Positions 1-12,051 are shown, counted from the stretch's first letter. The stretch is 64,000 nucleotides of DNA from an uncultured candidate division Zixibacteria bacterium (GCA_963801605.1 CAWDFP010000006.1:224001-288000), one strand, 5' to 3'. Notes: generated from the letters alone by a model not told the origin. Program-made: numbers and translations.

Positions 1-660
1 GGATGCTACATAAGCATAATTACCTTCTACCGTTATTTTTTTGCCGCCTCCCAATAAGCTGCAACTACCAACTAATTCAGGACTCTGAGGATATCTCACA
101 TTAATAACGTCTAAAGAACCTTCGTAAAAGTTGCTGGCATAGGCATAATTCCCCAAAACATATACACCACCATAAGCACCAGAGGCGATGATCCCCTCCA
201 GAGTTGGATTGGCCGGATTTGAAATACCCAAAATATTCAAGCCTAGAAATCCAGCGGCGATATAAGCATAATTGCCATCGATACACAGGTCGCTTGTATA
301 GTCCTGCAAATCATAGCTACCTTCCAAAACGAGGTTAGCCGGATTGGCGATATTTATAATCTGAAACAAGCCCTCATATCCGGATAACAAATAGGCATAA
401 TCGCCAACAATTTTTAGCTCGCCTTCCCTTGAGGGGAATAAAACCGTGGCAATTTCTAATGGAGATGCCTGGTTGGCGATATCTAAAATCTTCAAACCTT
501 CGGAATACAGGCAATAAGCATAATTACCGGAGACCTCGATCCCATAGACATTGCTCCAGAGGGTCGAAGCGACATATTCAATATTCTGGGCGGGTACAAG
601 ATTGGCGGAATAAATGACTGCAAAAACCGATAAAATCAAAATCTTAATAAATCGTCCCAT
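1..660 (-). CDS. LVIVD-repeat secreted protein, 3' end runs off the window (absent from the ORF track)
   Basis: I read it manually from ATG at 660 (SD GGAGG just upstream): MGRFIKILILSVFAVIYSANLVPAQNIEYVASTLWSNVYGIEVSGNYAYCLY... The frame is open to base 1 and the sequence is a clear paralog of the neighbouring genes. Confidence 0.9.
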   Translation of the reverse strand, partial: MGRFIKILILSVFAVIYSANLVPAQNIEYVASTLWSNVYGIEVSGNYAYCLYSEGLKILDIANQASPLEIATVLFPSREGELKIVGDYAYLLSGYEGLFQIINIANPANLVLEGSYDLQDYTSDLCIDGNYAYIAAGFLGLNILGISNPANPTLEGIIASGAYGGVYVLGNYAYASNFYEGSLDVINVRYPQSPELVGSCSLLGGGKKITVEGNYAYVAS

Positions 661-792
661 GCTTTCCTCCCATCATCCCGGTCAGATTCAATTAATTAGA
701 TTGTACAGACGCTGTGCCAGCAGCGTCATCGTCCTAAAAGGATTATATACTACTTGCTCCGAGATAACAAGCCAAGCATGGGCGGCGTTCCA

Positions 793-2923
793 TTACTTCA
801 GCAGCGTCATCTTGATCGTCTCGGTTTTATCCCCTGCCTCCAACCGTGCGAAATAAATGCCGGAGGGAAAAGCGGAGGCATCCCAAGTGAGATTGTGAAT
901 GCCCGCGGTTTGAGCGCCATACGAAGGGGACCGCCACCCGGCAACCAAGAATATCATAAATCTCAAGTTTGATATGGCCATTTTCGGGAAGCGAATAGCT
1001 TATGGAGGTTGTGGGGTTGAAAGGGTTGGGGTAGTTACGCAAAAGAGAGTAACTTTCCGGAATGCTGCCTGCTTCTTCAAGGCCGGTGGGGCTAACTCTC
1101 AAAATAATCATCGAGTTTACATCGGAGACATAAACATAATCTCCGGCCACATATACGTCTCCCGCCCCGCCAGGGGTATCATAGCCGCCGATAAGCTGGG
1201 GATGGCCGGGATCGGAGATATCGATCATTTCGACACCGGAGAGACCATCGGCTAAAAAAGCATGATCGCCGGAGACGAAAACGCCGCCGGCCTGCCCCGG
1301 CGAATCAAATTGTCCTACCAGGGTCGGAAGCTCCGGATCGGCGATACTTATAATCAACAGCCCGGCCTCATTATCAGCCACATAAACATAATCACCCGAC
1401 ATAGATAATCCCCAGGCAACATCGGGAGTCTGATAGAACCCAATCGTAACCGGATTATCGGGGTCAGAGATATCGAGGATATCGAGCCTTCCCCCGTAGG
1501 CAGCAAGGCAGGCATAACCTCCGTCAACAGCGATATCGGTGAACGTACCAGAGATTTCCAAGCTATCTGCAAGTACGGGATTTGCAGGATTGGTGATATC
1601 AACCACTAGAAGGCCCCGCGACCAACTCCAATTGGGTAAATAGGCGTAATGGCCTGAAATGGCTATTCCGACAATGTGTCCTCCCAGATTAAGGCCGCCG
1701 ATAGCTTGAGGATTGATGGGGTCCGAAATGCTAATTATTTCCAAAAGCCCTTCATAACCTGCTTCATAAATATAGTTGCCACTGACGGCGGTTTGGAAAT
1801 CATCTGTTAGCGTCATAGATGAGCCGACGCAAATCGGATTTGAGGGATTGCCTATATCCATTACTTGAAGTCCGCCCGGCCCGGTAGCTACGTAGGCATA
1901 GGGCCCGGCAACCATAATATCTCCAGTCGGACCTGCCAGGCCGTAGCTGCCAGCGGAAAATGGGGCAGAGGGGTCGGCTACATTAATTATTTGAATGGAT
2001 GATTCATCGGAGATATAGGCGTAGTCTCCGTAGATAGCGACATCTTGGGCGTTATCGGGTGTATCGCAAAAGCCCGATAAAACCATATTGGCCGGATCTG
2101 AAATATCCACAATATCAAGGCCGGCATGGTATGTGGAAAGGTAGGCGTAATGGCCGGCGACACAGATGCCATAAGAGCCATCGCGGGATGTATAAAGCCC
2201 GACAGAAAAAGGATGCGACGGTTCTGTTATATCGATCGCCTGAATGCCGACTTCCTCTATGGCCAAGTAAGCGTAATTTCCTGCAATGTTGATTTCACTG
2301 TTGTATTCCCGAATGTAGCAGAAGCCCATAGGTATGGGATTTGACAGATCCGAGATATCTATGATTTCAAGCACCGTGCTAAAGCCGCTGTAGACGTTGG
2401 CATAGAGGTAATTGCCGGAAACATAGATTTCACTATAGCACTCTCCCATATTGATATTTGCCACCAATATTGGGGCTGAGGGATCGGTGACATCCAGGAC
2501 ATCCAAACCATATCCATTTCTCGCGAGAAAAACGTAATTACCATCGATGACGGCGTCAAAGGCCTCAGGAACATCATAATGATATATTAAAGCGGGATTG
2601 GAGGGATCAGATATATCTACGATGCACAATCCAGTCCAGACATTTAGCAGGTAGGCGTAATTTCCGTATAATTTGATTTTATTTCTATCGGTCCCCAGAG
2701 AATTGCTAAAATATGGAAGGATTAACCGTCCAACAGGCGTCGGGTAGATAGGATTGGTAATATCCAATATTTGGAGGCCGTTGGCATAAAGACTGTAGGC
2801 ATAGTGACCATCGATCTCGGTATCGAAAACGTCGGTCCAAAGCGAGGAACTTTCAAATTCAAGGATTTGGGCATATAGCGCTCCGTTGAACAGAAGGATG
2901 AAAAAGAGTATCCAGCGTTTCAA
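793..2923 (-). CDS. LVIVD-repeat (beta-propeller) protein with T9SS-type C-terminal sorting domain; +1 frameshift near 921
   Basis: TTG start at 2923 after AAGGAGG; signal peptide; many GxYAYVA...GLxIIDISDPxNP repeats; NYPNPFN. The CTD tail (GAQTAG...KMTLLK) continues in the frame of ORF 793..981. Confidence 0.88.
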
Positions 2924-3109
2924 GTGTCCTCCTTTGGTAGATGAAAACCCAGCGCCCGCGATTTCTTTCTTAAATAAATAAATTTCCCGTATCAACTCTA
3001 AAACGCACCCTGACAACAGAATGAAAAGTATTACAGTTCCACAATTTGCGGTAATCGCTGGTCCGGACGTTGAGTATCGGTTTTGCGAAAGAGAGAATTA
3101 GCGCCGCAT

Positions 3110-5239
3110 TTATTTGAGCAGCATCATCTTGATCGTCTCGGTTTTCTCCCCTGCTTCCAACCGGGCAAAGTAGAGGCCGGAGGGAAAGTCGGAGGCGTTC
3201 CAAATAATTTATGCAAGCCGGCAGTTTGTGTGCCATCGTAGGGAGCGTGTTACCTGCTGGCCAAGTATATTATAGATCGTAATCCTAACATGGCCGCTTG
3301 ATGGCAGAGAATATCTGATACTCGTGGTTGCGTTGAAAGGATTGGGGTAGGCAGTAGGAAACGAGATTGCCTCAGGCTGCGCGCTGCCGGGATCGATACC
3401 CTCCGAGTGCAGTCTGACTACCAATAGAGCCGTCAAATCCGCCAAATAGATATGATTCTGGCTCTCCGCTATTCCTCGAACATAGCCCGGTGTTCGCAGG
3501 CTGTCAACAATAGTTGGATGATAAGGATCGGCCACATCAATTACATAAAAGTAACGGTCATCACCTCCAACATAAGCCAGATTGCCGCAAATATAAACTG
3601 TGTAACCGCCACCTTGAATGGGGCACCTGGAAATATACTCCGGGAGCAACGGGTTGGAAATATCAACTATAGCCAGGCAGTCATCCATCTCATTGCCGTC
3701 GTCCTTTCCGGCTACATAAGCATAATCTCCGGAGACTGCTACCCCGAAAATACTACCTGTCGGTCTGTACCGCCCGGCCACCGTGGGGTGCGTTGGATCG
3801 GTGATATTATAAATACCGAGACCGGCAAAACCGTCCGCGATATAAGCGTAATTGCCCTCTGTGACAACGTCAAGGCTAAATTGCACCGAATCATATTGCC
3901 CAACCAGCGTTGGAATGGAAGGATTTGATATATCCACAACTTGAAGTCCTTCCACTCCAGTGGCCACATAGGCATATGATCCGCCGACTTCGACAGCAAG
4001 GGCCTCCTCGCCTAATCGACAGCTGCTTTCGATCTGAGGATTGGAGGGGTCGGCGATGTTAATTATTTGAAGGGAGCCGCTATCGCCGGATGCTATATAG
4101 GCATAGGCTCCCTGGGTAACAACATCATTGGCGTAACCCGGCAGCGCAAGACTTCCAATTTGCGCAGGGTCTGTTGGATCAGTGATATTAACTATCTTTA
4201 AACCAGCCAGCCCATCGGCGACATAGGCATAACCTCCTGATGTTACCACTCCCACCGGGTTTCCCGAAGCGTCGTAGCTTCCAGCCAAGGATGGATGGGA
4301 AGGGTTGGAAATATCGATTACCTGAAGAGAGTAAAGATCAGCCATGAAAACATAATTACCTGAGATCTTCAGATCATAAGGATAACCGGGAGAATCATAG
4401 AATCCGACCCGGACGGGATTGCCTGGATTTGAGATATCGACAATATCGAGGCCGATCATATATGAAGCCAAAAAAGCATAGCTGCCCTCAACTCCCATGC
4501 CAAAAGTATCAAATCCCCCATGATAATGGCCTACCTCGAACGGATTATTGGAATTGCTGACATTTATTATCGTAAAATCTGTTTCCTCGCCCGGCACATA
4601 GGCATAATTTCCCGATACAATCACCTGCCAGCCGTGGTCATACGTTGGGCAGCTGCCGACAAATTCCGGAGTGGCAGGGTAGCTAATATCAAGGATTTGT
4701 ATGTTGAAATCCGCTGCCAGGTAAGCGCATTGCCCCTTGACATAGACACCTCCGTAATCGCCGTAATTTACGTTTCCCTCAAGGAATGGATTGTCGGGAT
4801 TGGAAATATCCACAATCTTTAATCCATTGTAGCTGCATGCCACGTATGCGTATCGTCCCAAAACAAAAACGTCGCCGGCAAACCAGCCAAGCTCGGCTCT
4901 CCCTAGCATAACAGGATGAGCAGGATCCGCAACGCTGACAATCTGAAGGATACCGTTGTAGCCGGAAGTAATATAAACATAGTTGCTATCGACAAAAAGG
5001 CTGCCATATTCCGAGGGAAACATGGTCTGACTGATTTCCACCGGTGTTAGAGGGTTGGCAATATCAATTATCTTAAAGCCGTTTGCATAAAGGAGGTAAG
5101 CATAATTGCCGGCGATTTCGACATGATCGGTTTCAGCCCAAAGACTTGAGCCAACCATTTGGATGTTTTGCGAAAACGCGAGGCCCGAGACAAATGCCAG
5201 GATAGCAGCAATTCGTATCAGAGTTTGCATCATGGTCAA
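3110..5239 (-). CDS. LVIVD-repeat protein with T9SS-type CTD; two compensating indels (~3208-3248) create an internal TAA at 3209
   Basis: Signal peptide, LVIVD repeats, AYPNPFN. After the TAA the same frame continues [32 protein letters not shown] to a stop at 3110. Confidence 0.85.
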
Positions 5240-5286
5240 CCTTCAACAATCCTTGAATATTTTATTAATGCCAAAAATTCATTCCA

Positions 5287-7408
5287 CTATTTTAGCAGCA
5301 TCATCTTGATAGTTTGGCTCTTCTCCCCTGCTTCCAAGCGGGCGAAGTAGAGGCCGGAGGGGAAGGCGGAGGCATCCCAGGTGAGATTGTGATTGCCTGC
5401 GGTTTGAGCGCCATTAAATGGAACAGCCACTCGATGGCCCAGGATATCGTAGATCTCAAGCTTGATATGGGCCATTTTCCGGACAGCGAGTAGCTTATGG
5501 TAGGTCGTAGGATTAAAAGGGTTGGGATAATTCCCAAAAATCGAAAACAAATTCGGAGTGATGTTGTGTTCCTCAACACCGACAGAATTGAACCTCATGA
5601 TGGTGAGCGCCGTAACATCGGCAAGATAAATATAATCTTGATCTATAAATATTCCCCTGGCGTGGCCCCCCATATAGCAAGTATCAGATAAAACCGGATG
5701 CGCCGGATCGGAAATATTTACTGCATAAAAACTATTCCCATCCTGTCCTACAAAAGCATAATCGCCTGAAATTGAGACGCTATAAATGCTCTCATCCGTC
5801 AGAAATCTGCTAACCAAAGTGGGACTAGAAGGATTGGAAATATTAACCACGTAAACGCCGTAATTATAATTGGCCAGATAAGCATAATTTCCGGATATGG
5901 CTACGCCAAATACCAATCCGGAAATTGGGTATCTGCCGGTGAGCGTCGGATAGTGTGGATCAGAAATGTTGATAATGGTAAGGCCGTGAGAACCGTCGGC
6001 AATATACGCGTAATTGTCAACCACTTGTACATCGAGGCAATTCACACCTGCGTCATACCAACCCACGGCAGATGGAATTGACGGATCACTTATGTCGATC
6101 ATTATAAGACCCTCCAAGCCGTGGCAGACATAAGCATAATTCCCGCTGACCTGCACCTGATAAGTATCCTCTCCTATCAGGCAAGATCCTACAGGCTGAG
6201 GGTTAGCGGGATCGGTAATATCAACGACCTGAAGGCCGAATATGTTATCGGCTATATATGCATAGTTACCCTCGACCCAGATGCCATCGGCATCTCCAAA
6301 AGAATCATTACTTCCCAAAATTTGTGGGGCGGCCGGATCGTCAACGCTCAATATTATAAGGCCCTTATTGCCGTCCGCGACATAGGCGCGATTTCCCAAA
6401 ACATAAACATCATTGACAGCCCCGGATGCATCATAGCTTCCGGTAAAAGTGGGAATTGATGGTTCCGTGATATCTATTATTTGAAGAGAAGACTCGTCTG
6501 CAGAATAGGCATAATTGCCCGAAAGAAAAACTTCGAACATAGAACCGGGTGTGTTGTAGCTGGAAAGGAGCGCAGGATTTGCAGGATCGGTCACATCAAC
6601 TATCTCCAGCCCGGATAGATATTCAGCCAGGTAAACATAATTATCCCTGACTGTTATGCCAAAAGAGACGGATGTGCCATTATAATGACTTACGGTATCC
6701 GGATGGATAGGATTGCTTATATCGATTACCCAAAAGCCCATTTCGTATGACGTAACATAGGCATAGTCTCCGGCTATTGTAAGCTTGCCTACTTCATACC
6801 CGAGGTAGCAACTGCCGACAAATTCGGGGCTTTGCGGATACGATACATTTATGACATCTAAGCTCGCCTCGAAATAATTAGATACATAAGCATATCGCCC
6901 GGATACGAAAATACCATTGTAACCGCCGGCCGCAATGCAGCCTTCCAACGTTGGATTACCCGGATTCGAAATATCAAATATTTTCAGGCCTTCATAATCG
7001 GTGGTTATGTAGGCATAGCGGCCATCGATGAATATGTCACTCGAATAAGCCTGACACTCATAACCGCCTTCCGGGGTGGGATTGGCAGGATCGGATATAT
7101 TAAAAATTTGAAAACGACCTTCATATCCCGACACGACATAGGCGTAGTCGCCGGAAATTTTCAAGGCCCCATCGTGCGTGGGGAAAAAGGCATTACTAAC
7201 TAACACCGGAGAAGTCGAATTGGTGATATCGAGAATCTGAAGCCCGTTGGTATAGAGGCAATAAGCGTAATTACCGGAGATCTCGACCCCATAGAGATCG
7301 GCCCAAAGAGTCGATGACACAATCTCAAGATTCTGGGCTTGTACCGAATTGGTGGAAAAAGTATAGTGCAAGCATCGCGACGATTGATATCTGAAGAAGT
7401 CGTCCCAT
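5287..7408 (-). CDS. LVIVD-repeat protein with T9SS-type CTD; +1 frameshift in the signal peptide (~7364) and compensating indels at ~5475-5500
   Basis: ATG at 7408 matches the intact duplicate start at 7773 (MGRLLQISIVAMLALTFSTNSVQAQ). This copy has gtatagtgca where the duplicate has gtaagtgca. LVIVD repeats; ends KMMLLK. Confidence 0.85.
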
Positions 7409-7925
7409 CAAAGCTCCCGCCAACCCTATCGCAAATATCGTTATTCAGATAATAAAACCGCAAAGCAGATAGCGGCTATCGCTCAAAAGCAAATAATAGC
7501 TAACTATCTCTGTGATAACAAGGAAAAGATTGCTATCCGTTCCATTATTTAAGGAGAACCACCAACCAACATCGGTGAGGCCGGATCGGTGATATTCAGA
7601 ACCTGCAGGCCGTTGGTATAGAGGCAATAAGCGTAATTACCGGAAACCTCGACTCCATATAGATCGGCCCAAAGAGTCGATGACACAATCTCGAGATTTT
7701 GGGCTTGTACCGAATTGGTGGAAAAAGTAAGTGCAAGCATCGCGACGATTGATATCTGAAGAAGTCGTCCCATCAAAGCTCCCGCCGACCCTATCGCAAA
7801 TATCGTTATTCAGATAATAAAACCGCAAAGTAGATAGCGGCTATCGCTCAAATCAGATAATAGCTAACCATCACTGTGATAACAAGGAAAAGATTGCTAT
7901 GCGTTCCATTATTTGAGGAGAACCA
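7200..7925. repeat. Tandem direct repeat, unit ~365 bp (gene end + intergenic spacer + gene start)
   Basis: 7245-7562 aligns with 7610-7925 with few substitutions; start codons at 7408/7773 and stop codons at 7545/7909. Confidence 0.93.
7545..7773 (-). pseudogene. Internally deleted LVIVD paralog: first ~70 codons fused out of frame to the final CTD codons (VLLK*)
   Basis: The N-terminus is nearly identical to the 7408 gene. At ~7560 it joins GTT CTC CTT AAA TAA, which matches the end of the 7909 gene. Confidence 0.8.
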
Positions 7926-10900
7926 TCTTGATTGTCTGCCTCTTCTCCCCTGCTTCCAGGCGGGCAAAATAGAGGCCGGAGGGGAAGGCGGAGGCGTTCC
8001 AGATGATTTGATGTTCACCTGCAGCCTCAGGGGCATTTAATAGCGTGGTCACCTTTTGGCCGAGGATGTTAAAGACAGTAAGCCTAACGGCGCAGCCCGA
8101 TGCAACCGAATACTTGATAGTCGTAGCCGGGTTAAATGGGTTGGGGTAGTTTTGGGAGAGGGAAAAGGTTAAGGGAATTGGTAATTGCTCTGGATTCAAG
8201 CCCGTTGCGATGCCAAGCCTTATATCCAGTTTCGAGGTATTGCCTATCAAGACATCGACATCAAGCGTCGTATCCGGATATAATTGATGCGAAATGGATA
8301 ATTGGCGGAGTCCTGGATGGATGCCTGAAAGGGCGAATCGGCCTACTAGGTCGGTTGTGTCGGTTTGTGGATAATTCTCGACACGAATAATTGCGTTGAC
8401 AAGCGCCATGGAATCATTGCTAACGGTGCCAACTATCTGGCCATAGCCCTGATACTTTAGAATAAAAAAATAATAGTCGGTGGCGGTATAAATATAATCG
8501 CCTGAGACCAAGACGCCGAAGGTCATACCCTCAGTATCAAATGAACCGCTTAAGGAAGGATGGCTGAAATTATTGGCCATATCGAGTATTTTTATGCCAT
8601 CAAGATAGTTGGCCATGTATGCAAAATCATCCTGTACCCAAATATTAAGGGGAGGAGACTCGCCGAAATCATAATAAATTCCGGCATGGGTTGGGTTCGC
8701 GGGATCAGAAATATTTATTATTCGGAATAAATTTCTATCAATTTCTCCGACATAAGCATAATTTCCCGAAAGGAAAAGGCCTTCTAATGCTCCGCGCATG
8801 AAAGTAGGAATGCTTCCCTCGAGGTGGGGATTCGCAGGATCTGATATATCAATAATAAGAAACGTATCGCTGAAATTTACATAGGCATAATTTCCTCTAA
8901 CTCTGACATGGCGTCTGGCCCCAAGATTGACCGGTAGAAGATAGCGGCCGACTAAAAATGGTTGTGCGGGATTGTTTATATTGAGGATATACATGGAGCC
9001 ATCCTCATACCACTCGCCTTCAAGAAGAAAGGCGTAATACCCTTGAACATCAATCGAAATCGCCGAATCGGAACGGTATGCACCGTAGTGTATAGGCGAA
9101 GTGGGATTAGTGATATCAACCACTTCCAAGCCGTAGGAACCTCCAGCAATATATGCTTTATTGTCCTGCAAGCAAATCTCCCAGGCGTTTCCGGCAAACC
9201 CGTAACGATTGATTCTTACGGGCGCCTGCGGATTGGAGATGTCCATTATCTGCACTCCAAGGTTGGATGACGCCGTATACAGATAGTTTCCTCGAATCGC
9301 CATTCCGTATGCGTTTCCCGTATTGAAGCAAGAACCAACGAAATCAACTTCACCTGATGGCCGCAGAAGCCCCACGAAAATCGTCGTATCGCCGAGCATT
9401 ACATTGATATCCTGAAATATTGAATCATGAAAATCAGAATGAGATATCGCCAAGCTGTATGTGCCCGGCCTGAGTCCGTTGAGCTCGAATGAGCCGATTG
9501 AATCAGTGACAGCGGAAATATCCTTGCCGCTTATTTTTACAAATGCGCCAAGAATTGCGGTATGGGAAGTATCAAATACCGCTCCTCTGATGATACAATT
9601 TGGCGCCAAAGTAATATCTACCCGCGTTGTGTAATGGTAGTTTACATTTATATTGCCCAATCCATTTTCGACAAATCCGGGGCATGAATAGGACAAACTG
9701 CATGGCCCAGTGTGGATTTGGTCCAACAAAAAATGGCCTTGAACATCTGTTGTGGTTTTAACCCGCGAATCGGCAAGCTTTATTTCTACACCTTCAATCG
9801 GGTTACCGTTCAAATCATTCACATACCCTTCTATGTTCCCACCCGGCATATTTGTTAATCTTAATATTGTCAAATAATTGCCGCCTGCCAGATAGATATA
9901 ATCATTAGAGAGGCATAAATCCCAAACGGGGCTAATAGTATTAAATTGTCGAAATAGTGTAGGCCGTGTCGGATTGCTTATATTAACTATTTGAAAAATT
10001 CCGCCCGCAATATATGCATAATCACCTTGAACGACAATATTGTTGCCTCCATTAGATATTCGAGTAGAACCCACCAAGTTGGGAGATGATGGATTGGAAA
10101 CATCGATTATTCGCAAAGATTTAGGCGAATCACCCACAAAATATACATACCTTCCGCGCACATATAGGCTAGTGGAATAATTAATGGGGCTAACCCCAAC
10201 TATCGCGAGATTTGCCGGATTGGTAATATTAATAATAGAAAGACCATGATTTAAATCGGCCGTATACGCATAATTTCCTTGTGTCTTGACATCAAGGAAA
10301 TCATGTAATTCCGAACCATATTGGAGAATCCCAATTAGTGTCGGATCCCTCAGATTAGAGATATCATAAGCATAGAAATACGGCCCGGCAGCCGTAAACG
10401 CATATTGGCCTTGAAGGGAAAGCGATCTGCCATATCCATTTAATAGATCCTCTCCAATCAAAACGGGATAATGAGGATTAGAGATATTTACTATTGCGAT
10501 AGTTCCTGAGCCTAGATAGGCATAATCTCCTCTAAGTTTAAGATCGAAAATTGGATAAGTGATATCTGATAGCCTGCCAACTAAAGCTAAGCTATCAATA
10601 TTCGAAATATCCAGAACAAGCAAGCCATCCAATTCAGAATTTATGTATGCGTGATCATCTTTAATGGCAATTCTCGTAGCGCCGTAATAGGGAAAATAAA
10701 AGGTATCAATAAATTGTATCCCGACTGATAGATGTCTTTGCAAGACATTGATGCTCGTTACACTATCCGCAATTACTAATATTTCTTCGAGGCAAGTGTC
10801 TGCAAAATCTAGGCACCAACAACATACGTCGTAAGCTCCTGGGGATAAATAATTAAATAGAAACGCTCCTGAAGAATCGGTGACGCTAGAAATTGAATCT

Positions 10901-11085
10901 ACCACAACGGTGACATTGGCGAGAGGATTATTTGTCCAGGAATCGGTCACAATGCCTGAAATTGCCCCATACCTACCGGGTTGGGCCAGAGCGCCTATGG
11001 AAATATAGAAGACGAACAGGATGCAAATGAAGGCGGGGAATGTTTTTGCCATTTTGGGTTTAATAGACATTGATAATTTCATCAT
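7909..11085 (-). CDS. Secreted protein with two LVIVD-repeat blocks, several carboxypeptidase-regulatory-like (prealbumin-fold) domains and a T9SS-type CTD
   Basis: SD GGAGG at 11089-11093; GxISGxVTD...TDSSGxF domains interleaved with LVIVD repeats; NYPNPFN...KMVLLK. Confidence 0.85.
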   Translation of the reverse strand: MMKLSMSIKPKMAKTFPAFICILFVFYISIGALAQPGRYGAISGIVTDSWTNNPLANVTVVVDSISSVTDSSGAFLFNYLSPGAYDVCCWCLDFADTCLEEILVIADSVTSINVLQRHLSVGIQFIDTFYFPYYGATRIAIKDDHAYINSELDGLLVLDISNIDSLALVGRLSDITYPIFDLKLRGDYAYLGSGTIAIVNISNPHYPVLIGEDLLNGYGRSLSLQGQYAFTAAGPYFYAYDISNLRDPTLIGILQYGSELHDFLDVKTQGNYAYTADLNHGLSIINITNPANLAIVGVSPINYSTSLYVRGRYVYFVGDSPKSLRIIDVSNPSSPNLVGSTRISNGGNNIVVQGDYAYIAGGIFQIVNISNPTRPTLFRQFNTISPVWDLCLSNDYIYLAGGNYLTILRLTNMPGGNIEGYVNDLNGNPIEGVEIKLADSRVKTTTDVQGHFLLDQIHTGPCSLSYSCPGFVENGLGNINVNYHYTTRVDITLAPNCIIRGAVFDTSHTAILGAFVKISGKDISAVTDSIGSFELNGLRPGTYSLAISHSDFHDSIFQDINVMLGDTTIFVGLLRPSGEVDFVGSCFNTGNAYGMAIRGNYLYTASSNLGVQIMDISNPQAPVRINRYGFAGNAWEICLQDNKAYIAGGSYGLEVVDITNPTSPIHYGAYRSDSAISIDVQGYYAFLLEGEWYEDGSMYILNINNPAQPFLVGRYLLPVNLGARRHVRVRGNYAYVNFSDTFLIIDISDPANPHLEGSIPTFMRGALEGLFLSGNYAYVGEIDRNLFRIINISDPANPTHAGIYYDFGESPPLNIWVQDDFAYMANYLDGIKILDMANNFSHPSLSGSFDTEGMTFGVLVSGDYIYTATDYYFFILKYQGYGQIVGTVSNDSMALVNAIIRVENYPQTDTTDLVGRFALSGIHPGLRQLSISHQLYPDTTLDVDVLIGNTSKLDIRLGIATGLNPEQLPIPLTFSLSQNYPNPFNPATTIKYSVASGCAVRLTVFNILGQKVTTLLNAPEAAGEHQIIWNASAFPSGLYFARLEAGEKRQTIKMVLLK

Positions 11086-11210
11086 CAACCTCCTAAACCA
11101 CATTTGGTTTTCGGGCCCGAAACTGAGGGAAATTTATGGATAGGAAATTTAGTCTATTAAATGGTTCTTGGCAAGTGAATTATAATCGGTTCTCCCCTCC
11201 AACTTCCCAT

Positions 11211-11238
11211 TTGACATTACCCCCCTTTGAGTTATCTT
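11211..11238 (+). promoter_or_regulatory. Putative sigma70 promoter of the DUF4159 operon
   Basis: TTGACA-N16-TATCTT; overlapped by the perfect inverted repeat CTTGAAT-T-ATTCAAG (11236-11250). Confidence 0.55.
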
Positions 11239-11365
11239 GAATTATTCAAGTGCGGTCAAGGGCCCGATCCTGACCGGAATCAGTTCTTTGCGTCGGGTTC
11301 GGGGACCTGACGACACAATGATTTTTCATGGAAAGAATAAGCCGCGTTAAGCGTATAACAATAGA

Positions 11366-12043
11366 ATGAAAAAGCTCGCTTTAGCTCTCCTGGCATTCTC
11401 ATTTATGGCCGTCATTTCCGATGGCCAATCCCAAAAAGCCGCTAACCCATCGGCGGTTACAATCGCCCGTCTAAAATACGACGGCGGCGGCAACTGGTAT
11501 TGGGGCCGATCCGCTATCCCTAATATGCACAAGTATTTAGCTGAGAACACCTCGATTCAGGTCGAGGACCGCGAAGTGGTCGTTACGGCCACCGATCCGG
11601 ACCTTTTCAAATACCCATTCCTGTTTTTGACAGGGCATGGCAATATAAAATTTTCCGATGATGAAGTGACGGCCCTGCGAACCTATCTCGAAAACGGCGG
11701 ATTCCTCTTTGCAAACGACAGCTATAGTCTAAATGAGGCATTCCGACGAGAAATGGCGCGTGTATTCCCCGACAAACAACTTGTCGAACTGCCCTTTTCT
11801 CATCCGATTTATCATCAGCTTTATGATTTCCCCAACGGCCTGCCGAAGATTCATCAGCATGACGGCAAACCGCCGCAGGGATTTGCGATAATAATCGATG
11901 GCCGGGTGGCCGTCTTTTTCGACTTCGAATCAGATATCGGGGACGGCTGGGAGGACGCCGAGGTTTATAATGATCCTCCGGAAAAGCATCTGGCAGCCCT
12001 TCGCATAGGCGCCAATTTAGTGTCCTATGCCTTGACGCATTAA
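11366..12043 (+). CDS. DUF4159 domain protein
   Basis: Motifs ARLKYDGGGNWY, YPFLFLTGHG, LRTYLENGGFL, HPIY, SDIGDGWED; N-terminal signal peptide. Confidence 0.85.
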   Translation: MKKLALALLAFSFMAVISDGQSQKAANPSAVTIARLKYDGGGNWYWGRSAIPNMHKYLAENTSIQVEDREVVVTATDPDLFKYPFLFLTGHGNIKFSDDEVTALRTYLENGGFLFANDSYSLNEAFRREMARVFPDKQLVELPFSHPIYHQLYDFPNGLPKIHQHDGKPPQGFAIIIDGRVAVFFDFESDIGDGWEDAEVYNDPPEKHLAALRIGANLVSYALTH

Positions 12044-12051
12044 GAGGTCGT

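Noticed and set aside
7200..7925. CRISPR array or IS-associated repeat
   Set aside because: Only two long units made of gene and intergenic sequence; no short repeat-spacer pattern, cas genes, transposase or terminal inverted repeats.
793..8000. Diversity-generating retroelement (TR/VR) suggested by near-identical 3' gene ends
   Set aside because: There is no reverse transcriptase in the window, the differences are not adenine-specific, and all copies are coding CTD ends.
11250..11316. SRP RNA or c-di-GMP-I riboswitch (minus strand contains GACGCAAAG)
   Set aside because: Lacks the SRP GGAA-tetraloop/AGCAG motif and the GGCAAA..GAAA stem and receptor of GEMM-I; kept only as an unnamed hairpin.
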